Shown here in pieces: positions 47,701 to 59,700 of a DNA stretch of 64,000 nt. The notes beneath the pieces are model-generated. The model did not search any database, was not told the DNA's origin, and worked only from the letters and a program-made list of their open reading frames with translations. The stretch lies in contig OZ116700.1 of assembly GCA_964199315.1 (NCBI GenBank), positions 33,852,001-33,916,000 on the forward strand, given 5' to 3'. Positions within the stretch are counted from its first letter, which is position 1. Every line of letters begins with the position of its first letter. Source of the stretch: Orbicella franksi (taxonomy: Eukaryota). The position numbers and the translations under genes are program-made.

Positions 47701-50700
47701 AACCGCAATTTAAATTACCAAATATTTATTCTTAGCGTTGCCTGTTCTTTTTGTCGCTCTTCTCTAGAGCCCGGTGGTTGGTCCGGCTGGTCAGTGTGGT
47801 CTCCCTGTAGTCGCTCATGCGGAAGCGGAAGTACGACAAGAAGACGAACATGTACCGCACCTCCACCCTCCTACGGTGGGGCTGACTGTACGGGGGAGGG
47901 TCAGGAGAGGAAAGCATGCAAGATCCAGGACTGCTGTAAGTTTTTTTTTTGCAGTGTTTTCTCTGCGTTGTAGCTGCGGAATGTTTTAGTCAAATGCGCA
48001 CAAAAATAAAAGCAATGGAATGGTGCTAGTGGTCTGTGAGCTTGTTTACATATTTTATATCCACTTCCTTTTTAATTGTGTGCAGAATTGCTTGATTTTC
48101 ACCTGTTATGGAGGTGTCTTAAGTCAATCCAAGTTCATTGTTTTATATATACAATAAAAATACTGCCTGAGCGGAGCACAACAGAAGTCCTACTTGAGAC
48201 ATTCAGTCACTCCGCCTTCGTTTCGGACGAGTGTCTGACTCCATATTAACCTTTCAAACAGGTGTTTTAGTTCTTAATATTGCATTCTGTAATATCATGT
48301 TCAGGTGAGATCCCCTACAGAGCCCTTGGCTGTTTCCGTGATGATCATAACCTGTACAGACCGTTGCCAGAGCAGCTGTTCAGTGATCCGCAGGAGAAAA
48401 TCGATTTCAAGGACTGGCCGAACTATTTGTCTGATGTTATCTGCAGGTAAATACTGGTATAACTCTGTGTAACACCCTACGAGCATTTGTGTACGAAGTT
48501 AGAGGGAGTTAAAAACTTACAGGTGTAACGTGAAATCCGGGGAGAGAATTTAATAGAATCTCCTCGCACCCTTAATCCCTACAGTGACAAGGAAACGTAG
48601 TTAGAACTGTCGAATGAGACACACGGAACAAAACGACCAAGTGCCGAAGTATGATCGTTCCAGGATGCATATTCTACGGACAACGACATGAAATTCTCAG
48701 AGCTTATTTTAAAAGAATTGTATGGTAATTAGTAAGAGGAATTTGTATTTTCATCGTAGAAGCGAATCTGATAAAGTGACGTTCATCTGATTATCTTTCA
48801 CAGATGTGCGCGCGAAACGCAACGGAAAGGTTGGAGGACATTTGGATTGCAAAACTATGGCGAATGTTTGTCAGGTGACCGAGCGAGTGACACGTATTTG
48901 CAAGAAGGCGAACAACTGTTGTTTATGGCGCCAACTCAACCCAAACCACTGCTGGGATGTGTGGACAATGAGATGAAACTTTGCTCTGGAAGTAATCTGG
49001 AATGTGCCGGACAGGAAAATTCAAACTATGTGTTTTCTTTGGACGATGGTAAGTTATAATAATTGAAGATCGTTTGTGAGCCATTCAAGGGGAGCCGTGG
49101 GAAAAAACGAGCAAGTGCTTTCCGCGAACCAGGTTCTGTGTTTGACTTTAAAAAATTATTGCACAACTTAAAGGTGGTCCGTCCCTTACTGGTCTGTTTT
49201 ACATGGTGGTATGGATGGTGCAGTGGTGAATTGGCTTTAGGAAAGACTTTAGAAAGCCACTGTGATATTGTAAAATTAGTGTGAAACTCTAAGATTAAGA
49301 ACAGGCAATAATCACCGCGTGACATTTATCTGTGATATTCTTGCAGTGAAAGCAGTTCAAGGGAACTACACGGAGTGGAGTGAGTGGAGTGACTGTTCCA
49401 CAACCTGCGGGAATGGAGAGAAGTATCGAACTAGAAACTGTACCAATCCCCCTCCAGCGTTTGGAGGAATGGACTGTTCATTTATCGGGATGGACAGAGA
49501 CGTACAGACCTGCCAGAAAAGAGCTTGTGCTGGTGGGTGTTATGGATGCTCTATGCAACACTTGTGATTGAAAACTGATTTGAGGTCTTATACTTGAGGC
49601 ATAGTAGGTGAAAACGGCAGAAAAAAATAAGCTTAATTACGATTAATTACGATTCTACTCTCACCACTGTTTTGTCTCCGTAGTTGATGGTAACTGGGGA
49701 GCATGGGGCAACTGGAGCACGTGTTCAGCCACGTGCGGTCACGGTACAGTTCACAGAAAGCGCACGTGCGACGGCCCTGCACCTGCTAATGGCGGGAAAC
49801 CGTGCGCGGGCGAGGGACATGAGACAGCGGTGTGCACCATGACACCATGCCCATGTAAGTTAGAAGCCTTTGAATGCTGAATTACTCGTCACAAAACAGG
49901 AAGGGAAAATTATACTTGCAAACCAGTCTATCGCCCTGTGATGTCCGCACAATCTTCCCCAATCTCTATCCATCCTTGTTTTTGATTAGTTTATTTTTCT
50001 CATAATTAACTCTTATTTTGCGATTTCCATACTGCGTATTTTGTGCATGGTGACTAGTGACTCAACATGTCAATTGTTATCTTCTTTAGTGAACGGTCGT
50101 TGGTCCGGTTGGACTTCATGGAGTCCATGTTCTGTGACTTGTGGTAACGGCCGACAAGAGCGCATGCGTAAGTGTGACAGTCCCGTGCCGGAGTATGGCG
50201 GGAAATTCTGCGACGGACCCGCGCGAGAATTCCACAACTGTGAAGAAGATGACTGTCCAGGTATTTCGTCAAATATGTGTTCAACAGGTTTAATAAAGTA
50301 GTTACATACACAATGTACTAGAATTGAACAAAACAAACATAAAGTTTTATGAATATTGTAGAAAATGTTACGGATGCTTTGCTTGAATTTGCAGGTTTCT
50401 GGAGCGAGTGGTCTGCGTGGAGCGCATGCTCAAAGACCTGTGGTGCTGGTGGAAGGCGTGACAGAACGCGCACGTGTCAAGGTGGAGCTACGTGCGTGGG
50501 ATCCGCGCGCGAGATTGAAGTCTGCAAAGTGCAGGATTGTCCAGGTGCGAACAAAGAAACGTTTGAACATTTTATATGAAAAACATTAAACTAATGGAAA
50601 CATGAAATCTTTACAACAGTGAACAAAAAATATGATTTAGGCAGTCTCAAGGTAGCTTATCCAGCTAGAGGCAGGATTGTTTAGGAATTTTAACGAAGCA

Positions 50701-53700
50701 AATGGTGAGTGATTCGCTTTTCTTTACAGTTTGCCACAAGTCTATTGACTTGGCCTTCGTCTTGGACGCCTCTGGAACAGTAGACGACTCTCAATGGAAA
50801 CTTACCAAAGATTTCGTCCATGGTGTCAGCCATGGTTTCGGCCTTGCTTCCAACAAAACACGAATCTCTGTTTTGGCCTACTCCACATTACCGCAAATTG
50901 AATTGAAATTCGATGACAGGAATGCTTACGAAGACATGGATGATTTCCTTGAATCCATGTCGCAGCCACGCGGTGACACGCGCACCGACCGCGCCCTGAA
51001 AATGACACGTGATAAGCTAATAACATCTGAAGCAGGCGCACGCGACTTCACGCCTAAAGCAATTGTTATTGTTACGGATGGCGGAGATGCGCCTGACACT
51101 ACGGCGAAGTTTGCTGAGCAACGCGCCCGCGAGCTGAAGGACATGGATGGCGCGACAATTGTTGCCCTAGGGGTAGGGGACAAGGTGGATCAGTATGAAC
51201 TGAGACAGCTAGCGTCCGATCCTGATCACGCATTTTTAGTGACGTCATATGATGACATCATTGGTTATGTCAAGTCAGCGGCTGATGCAGTTTGTACAGG
51301 TGAGTGACGTCACTACTGGTTATATACGTGCGCCTGAGCTTGTGTATTGAGTGTTTTTTATGAGATGAGTGTTTTTATAGTATGAAGAAACTGAACATGA
51401 TTTTTAGAACGAGTTTCGATAGTAACTGTGTCTTACGTAGCTTTGATTTTGTAATAAGAATTTGCCAGAAAACTTCACGCAAATTTAAGTAATCACTGGT
51501 CAAAGCTTTAAGCTCGATTCCCTATCAGTCTGGAATAAAATCTGCTACTTAATTCATGACCAGGAAGTTTTATGATACTATTTTCCATAACTGACAGTAA
51601 TTTCCCTTTCTTAGTAAAAATATTTTGCTCTCTGAAAGTAACCAAATAAAATGTTATCCACAACATTGACTGACGTAATTATTTTCTGATCTTTTTTCCT
51701 CAGCAAAACCGCCTCCTCCTCCACGTAAGTATTTATTTTAGTGTAGCCAATTACGTAACACTAACCTTATAGTTGCTGTTGATGTGGAGCTGTATTATAG
51801 TCTAGGTGATCCCCAGGTCCTCACTGGTGACTGTCGTGATTGTTCTTCACGGGAACGGTTAGAGTACATGAACAATTTAACCCTCATCTCTGGCAAAGCT
51901 ATTCAGCTCCTGCGATAGCCATCAGACAAGCCGCTAAGGCAGATAAAATATCGTCAGTTTACAGTTTGACGCCACAACTCTTAGACTAGTTGTGAGTGCT
52001 TTTACACGCTCGAGTGTTCTATTTAGGCCCCCAGTTTTGACTAAAAAATGCGTTTAGTCAATTGTAGAAGCAAAACATTACTTGCTCGACGCTTGAGCTT
52101 GTTTTAGAAGAGAACAAAAAGACTAATTTCGTTGATAATAGCCACCATGATTTAATCGACTTATTTTTTCCTCATCACAGCTCGTTGGGGCTCATGGACT
52201 GAATGGAGTCCGTGTATGAAGACTTGTGGCACGGGCGTTAGTTTGAGGTCACGTAAATGTCTAACCGGTGCGAATTGCAGAGGAACTGGTACCGAGACAA
52301 AGAAGTGCAAGATTCAGGATTGCCCATGTAAGCCACTTATTGCGCTAAGAACCAAACAGTTTAAAACCAACTGTGAGGCACAATGTTTGTAAACTTAATA
52401 ACTTCAAAGGTCGGTTGGAAGTGCTAACTATTTTAATTGCACCCATCCGCCTCTCCCCTTACATACAGTTACCAGAATTGCTTGCCCCCGCAACTAGTTC
52501 CAGCACTAATCGAGGCGGGGGCAAGAGTTTATATTAAAAAGGAAAGAACGAAGTAATGATGATTTACGACAAAATTACAAAAGGTACAAGTAAACAATAG
52601 AAGCAACTTCAAGTAACCGGAAGCAAAGTAACAGTGTAATAAATGCACACATACACAAGTGACTAGAATACTATTGTTAATAAACTATGTTAATTTGGAG
52701 AACTTCTGTATCAGTTGGGAGACTTCAATATAGTCATCTTCACATTGTAACACATCAACGAATGGTTCCTTGATGTGTTTGTATCAAAATATACATTTAT
52801 GAAAACAAGGTGCCACTGATCAACTGATGTGAATTCTGTGTCTTTAGCTTGCCAGTTGGCCACAGACCTGGCTTTCATTCTACCAGTCTCTTCTAAAATA
52901 AATGACACCGAATGGCGAGAAGTGCAGAACTTCGTCAAGGGCGTGGCAGACGCGTTCAACATTTCCTACCCCGGTACCCACGTGGGTGTCCTGTCCTATT
53001 CATCCCAGGCCACCATGGAGATGAAATTCAACCGGTATTATTATCACTCCGACGTGTTGAACGCTATCGATAATATCTTCCCGGAAGCTAAAAGCGACCA
53101 CGGCACGCGGCTGGACGACGCTTTGGAAATAGCCAATTACGAGCTGTTTACTCCCGCGGGAGGGTCACGTGATCAGGTCACCAAGACGCTGGTAGTACTG
53201 GTGTCCGACAAGCTGAACGATGGAAAGGTCGCTGGAATTGTGGGACGGTTAAAGTTTGGTGGCGTGACACCCGTGGCTATTGGTGTTGGCTCGGGTGTTC
53301 AGCGCGACGATTTGTTAAAGGTCGCAGACGGTAATCACACATTCTCCGTAGCCTCCTTCAATGATCTTATCACGGTGGCTGAAAAGGTTGTGAAGAGCGC
53401 TTGCGAAGGTAAGAAAGGTTTTTGCTTTGCTGATTTCAACTGATAAATCAATTCACACACAAAAAAAAACTTCCATGTTGGCTTTTCTGGGATCTTTTTA
53501 ATAATTGCTTGAAGTGAAAATGAGTTTGACTTTATTGGACTCAAACAAGGGCTAAGCCAGTTCAGAATGCAGTCTGCTGTGAACTCATTGTTGACTCTTT
53601 TGTCAACTAATTTCTGTGTTACCCACCACGATGTTTCCTGCAACGTTTATCCCAATTTTGTCGAGACTCGGCGACTCAAGTGGCGCGGAAAAAATTCCAG

Positions 53701-56700
53701 GCTTATTGCACCTAATAATTGCCCTTTCTTTTACAAAGATCTTGATATTTGACCAATTGCTCCAGTTAAATTGCAATTTTAATCTTAATTTGGAACCCTC
53801 CTTATGATATAAATATTGTGGATTTTTTGGGGTGACTCATTACAATATTACACTGTACCTTTTTTATATTCGCAGTTCCAAGCTATCTCTTTAAACAACT
53901 TGACGCTGACAAACATCAGCCTCGCCCTGAAGCTGAACGAGTACCAGTTTTTAACGTTGCTGGATATCCAAAAAAACCTCAAGGAGTCACCGCAATGCCA
54001 GTGACACCAGGTCAGGAGCAGACCATGAAGGGTTATGCGCCTATACAGCAACCTCAGGCTGTAAATCAGGTTCCCATAGCCAATCAGCCGTCTTACTCGA
54101 ATGCTGCATCAGCACAACCTGTTAAACAAGTTACTTCTGCTCCACAAGCTGTCAGTGCAGGCGCTTCACAATCCCCGCTACCAACAAATCCGGTTACAAA
54201 CGTGGCTCAACCGGTTTTCTCAAACGCGACTGCGACTCAACAACCCGTTGAACAGGTTACCTCAGCTCCACAGGCTGGCAGCGCAAGTGCCACACAATTT
54301 CCACAACCAACAAGTCCGGTTACAAACGTGGCTCAACCGGTTTTCTCAAACGCGACCTCAACGCAACAACCTGTTGAGCAGGTTACTTCTACTTCACAAG
54401 GTGTCAGTGGAAGTGCTACGTCAGCTCCGGGACCTACGAATCCAGCTACGAACGTTGCTCAACCGGTTTACTCAAACGCAACGTCAACTCAACAACCTGT
54501 TGGACGGGTTGCTGCCGCAGTGTCACCGGTTTATTCGAAAGCCACAGCAGCACCACCTCAAAGTGTTTACACAAACGCTACACTTGCTCAGCAACCATCG
54601 ACACCTGGTCCAATCCCCCCGTCAAATGTCACTTCCGTGCAGCAACCTGCCATTCCAGTTTCAGGAGCACAGCAACCAGTTTACTCAAATGCCACAGGGT
54701 CACCTCAACCGCCTCAAGTTCAGTATGGTAATGTTAGTGCCTCTGGAGTTGGATATCCTGTGACTCAACAGCCCCATGGTGTCTATTCAAATGCCACTAC
54801 TCTGCAGCCGGCATATCCCCAACAACCGCAGTCTGTTTATTCAAACGTTACAGCTCCTCAAGGAAATGAGACTGTTGCTCCGCCACCGGCAAACGAAACC
54901 TTGATACCCCCGTCAGGTCCTCAGGCACCAAGTACTCCGGGTCCTGAAACTATTCAAGTGGGAGCAGGATCTGAAGCTAATGCTACGGCCCCGCAGACTC
55001 AGTCACCACCTTCTCAGGTTCCAGCAATGCCGGCATACAATGCCTCGGTATCTCCAGCAATGCCGTCTTACAATGTCACAGTGGCTCCAGTAGTACCGGC
55101 ATACAATGCCACGCTGCCGCCTGCAATGCCAGCAGTTAATGCTACAGTCGCACCAGTAATTCCGGCAATCAATGCCACAGTTACACCAGCAATGCCGGCA
55201 GCAATGCCTTCATACAATGCCACAGTTGCGCCAGCAATGCCGTCATACAATTTCACGATGGCTCCAGTACCTGGAAATGTCACTGCGCCTGTTCAGAATG
55301 TAACTGCTGGTCAGGCACCCGTTTCAGCTGCCAACCCAACTGCTGCACCCCAAGTAACTGCTGCTCAATTACCTGCGCCTGCACAACCAAGTCAGCCATT
55401 GCAATCCCAGGAAGGAGCTACCCAAGGAGCGATCCCATTGACTTCCTCCGGTCCTCAGCCATTTGGTAAGGGTTACAATGTTTCCTCAAACGTCTTAGTG
55501 GCTCGGAATCCTGAAACCTAGAATTTGATTGGATAATTACGCTGTGCAGTTTTTCACGATACGGACCCGTGTGACGAATTGCTCACGTTCCCATGCTAGA
55601 AACTTGAGGTTCTGGTTCACTTTAAACTATGTAGGATATGTAAACGCGACAAAAAAAGACGACGCAGAAGCAAAGAGACAGATTCGGGTAACGGAAAGCC
55701 AAAATATTTAACAATTATTGGACGTGTTTGAACAAAATACCGTGATTTGCAGTGGTGAGCAGATCAGTTATTCGCCTGAGATTAATAATTGATCTGCGAG
55801 ACACTGACAAATCACGATATTTTGCGATAATCGAGTTCAATAATTGTTTTATCATTCAATCACCAAGTTTGTTTTCATATTTGAATCACTCTCTTGCAGC
55901 TTAGGGAAGCGATCTGCCATTTTTCACCTGAGAGTGTGGTTACAGTCACGAGTGAGCAGAATATTATTTGCCGCAAAACACATTTAGCCGGTACTACGCG
56001 TGAGCAGACCATTATTTGTAGGTCACGTGGTGGGCTCTCAGCCGATGAAACGAGAGAAAAAATGCAGCGAATGATAAACGTTATTATTTTCCCAACAGTG
56101 TGTCCACACGCTATGGATCTCGTCTTTGCCCTGGACTCTTCCACTGACGTCGATGAAAATCAATGGACTCAACAAAAAGACTTCATGAAGAAAGTTGCTG
56201 ACGGTTTTAACATTCAGGACAGCGGAACGCACGCGGCCGTGGTGGCGTATTCCACGATACCTTCCATCAATATGAAACTTGGAGAACGAAATGTAAAACA
56301 AGAGGTTGATAAGGCCTTTAATGACCTGCCACGTGATCTTGGCAACAGAAATCTGGTAAGTTAGGACTCTGTGCTGATAAATTTGTTGGGTGGGATTTTC
56401 GTGTTTTCATTTTGTCTTTGAAGAAATACTTCAAATCAAGCAAAACCACGAGTATGACAAGTTACTCAAGCGCGCGAAATTTAACCGCATTTTTACACAT
56501 AAGGAAAATAACGCGACTCGCTCTTTTCATATGGTTTTGGGCCGTTTGATGTTTGGGTACCAACTTGCTATGTTCGTGAGATCAAATGGTTTTATGGTCA
56601 ATTCTTAGGTCATTCTGTTGGAGATGGCTAAATTTGAGGTGTTCACCAAGTCCAGTGGTATGAGGACCCATATCCCTAAAGCCCTCGTGGTGACGGTCCT

Positions 56701-59700
56701 TGGACCTCAAAACGACCACAACACCAACGCTGCTAAGAGCCTGAGGTCCTTTGCCAAGCAACTTGAAATCAGTGGCGTAAAGGTGAGAAAAACAAAGGCA
56801 GAGTAATGAGTAGTATGGAGTTTGTAGGAGTAATCAATGTCAAATTCTGCTTGCAATCCCAATACACTGCTGAGGAGACAGGTAATGAGAATTTTGAAAA
56901 TCAGCAACTAGGGAATGTTACGACGCGCGTGAGTTGTCTCGTTTGAGGCGAACCTTATGTTGAACTTTATTGTTTTGACTTCTTTTCAGGTCATTGCTGT
57001 AGGCAGCCCTAGCATCGCTGAAAGTGATCTTAGAACCATGACCACTGAACCGAAATACGCCGTGCGAGTTAACGATTTACAGTCTCCGGCTGAAGCCGAG
57101 AAAGTTTCCAAAATTATCTGTAACGGTAAGTATATTTTCTTTGCTGATAAGCTGTGCTTTAATCGACTGATCGAAATTAAAACAAAAACGATGTCGCTCA
57201 CACTGACAATTCCAAGACAATCTTCTGTTTTCGTGAAGTTTGCCATAGTTCAGCATCTCAGTTTAAATTTTTGATTTGGACACAGTGATAGATTACGATC
57301 CCTCCAAGAGGGGGATCTCGGTATCTGATGGATTAGTATCCCCTCCTAGCGGAGATTCGACTGTCCTTACTTGATGCTACAAGATAAGCACATACAATAG
57401 ACTAATTCTCGCTTGGTATTCCATGCCATTAACATCCGTTTATCTGTTCCATTCCCAGTGGCTGCCGACTTCCCAACAACAGGCAATGATCAGATGCAAG
57501 CTCCTTTTGCAGCATCACTTCCCACTGCACAGCCAGTGGTTCAAGTTGGAGCCCAGGCCACTACTCAGCCTTCCATAGCTGCTACACTGCAAGCATATAA
57601 TGCGGAGAAGAGATCAGGTACACGTGTGTGTTTTTTTAATATCCTACCACATGTAGCCATGCATTTGAATCATTTACCCCATCCCCCCCCCCTTGCACTA
57701 GACGCCCAAAAGTCACGATTCCTTGTCCCTCCATGTCTACAGTCGAACCTCTGTATTTTTCTCCCTGATCGTGCACCGGTCCAAACACTTTACTCTTATT
57801 GAAAGCTCCTCGCAACGGCCATCTCCTCGCAACGGCCATATCTTTATTTAGGACAAGGCCTCTACCTTATGTGGCCAATTCATGCACTTTACCCTTATTA
57901 AAACGTTTGGACAACGGCACCTCTGTATCGCAATTGCCAGTAAATTCTACCTCATACTGGCTCAGTATTGAAAAAAGGTTCAACTGTAGCTTGATTCATT
58001 GATGTTTAATCTTTGATTGTACTAGCGAGGTAATTTGTTCTTTTTGTCGTTCAGAATACCCGTTCAACTGTCAACCAGTGCTGTATTATGATTTTGACAA
58101 GATGTGCCGTGGGGAAATTTTCGACGAGTCAGGCTCGGGTAATAACGGGATATCCCGCGGGCGAGTGATTGTTGAAGCAGGCTACAACCAGGACAATGGT
58201 GTAGATCTATCTGACGGGTTTATTCAATTGGACGGAATGAATTTCAAGGTATGGTGGGGAATGTTGAGAGCTTTCTCAACTAATCTGTCCAGGTGCGGTG
58301 GCCTCTGGGTTACTGCACTCGTCTCCGGATCGAGCGGTCCGGGTTCAGGCCCTGACCAGGGACATTGCGCTGTTTTCTTGGGCAAGACACTTTACTCTCA
58401 CAGTACCTCTCTCCACCCAGGTGTACAAGTGGGTACCGGCGAATTTAATGCTTGGGGTAACCCTGGAATGGATTAGCATTGCATCCAGTGGGGAGGAGAA
58501 GTACTCCTAGTCGCCTCATGCTACAGAAAGTGGGATACGCTCTGGCCTGATGGGCCACTTGGCTCGTATACAGACTTAACCCTTTACCTTCACTAACCTG
58601 TCTAAACTTCTGATGAAAAGCAAGTTGCTGATTTTTCGCTGAAAACTTTCATTGTCCCGTACAACCATTTGAAGACAGTAACTGTTTTCCCTTGATTTAG
58701 TTCTACCTTAATGATTTTAATTGATTTTAACGGAAAGCTTTTTTCGTTTTTCCAAAATCCCTGTTCTCTTCAATTTTTGTCATAATAACGTCATTCTATT
58801 GAGAGGAACTAGGTCAGATTTTAATTTTGAGAAGTTTAGGTTGGTTACGTTGTTCTTTATTCGCCCCAACCTTCTCCAATCTTAACCATCGTTGTTCATT
58901 GTTGCTTTATTATTACCAATTTGGCGTTTTTCTGCCCCATTAAAATATTTGCGAACAATTTTCTAAATTGAAAACTGTAAAGGTAATTTGACCTAGACCC
59001 GTATTTTCTTTGATAGCGCAAAGTGCAGAATCAAGAATGGGCATATTTTAGGAGACGAACCAAGATGTGATAAAGTTATATTTTCTGACGCGCAACTCAT
59101 TTTCTGTCACGTTACAGATAAGTTTTTGCTAAAGCTGTGACTGTTCCTTATTAGGGTAAGCCAACTTTGGGTGTTACCATAGCAACCTGGGTTAAGGTCA
59201 AGAACGTCACAGGTTCGAATATAAACGAGGTATTTGTGACAGAGGCTCCTGGAGTAACAGACCCCACCAAACAAGGACAGTATCACTTTGAAATCGTGGA
59301 CAAGGGCAGAGTGCGCTTCTTCCAGCGAAACAAGGACAAGACAGTGTATGGACGAACAACCATTGAGGGAATCCCGGAAAATAAATGGGTTCATCTGGCG
59401 GGAAATTACAATCCCAACACAAAACAAGCCACGATCTATATCAACGGGCGCCCCGTCAAGGCTTACGACCAGACGGAACCTCAACAGACAGAGTCTCTGA
59501 GCACAGATTGGAGCAAGGCCGCTTATATTGGAGCCTTTAAGGACGATCAAGGGCCTCCACGCCAGTTCAAGGGAGCTCTAGATGAGTTCTATATTTTCCC
59601 CTGTGCTCTTTCAGATGATCAGATTGTGACCCTTAAGGATACACACAGGATGCGTAAGTTTGTAAATTTCAGTTTCCCTCAGTTACTTTTGAGAATTTTG

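Noticed and set aside
54101-55283. Alternative-frame ORFs 54101..54763 (+) and 55068..55283 (-)
   Set aside because: Shadows of the low-complexity mucin exon. Only the 53995 frame is phase-compatible with flanking exons.
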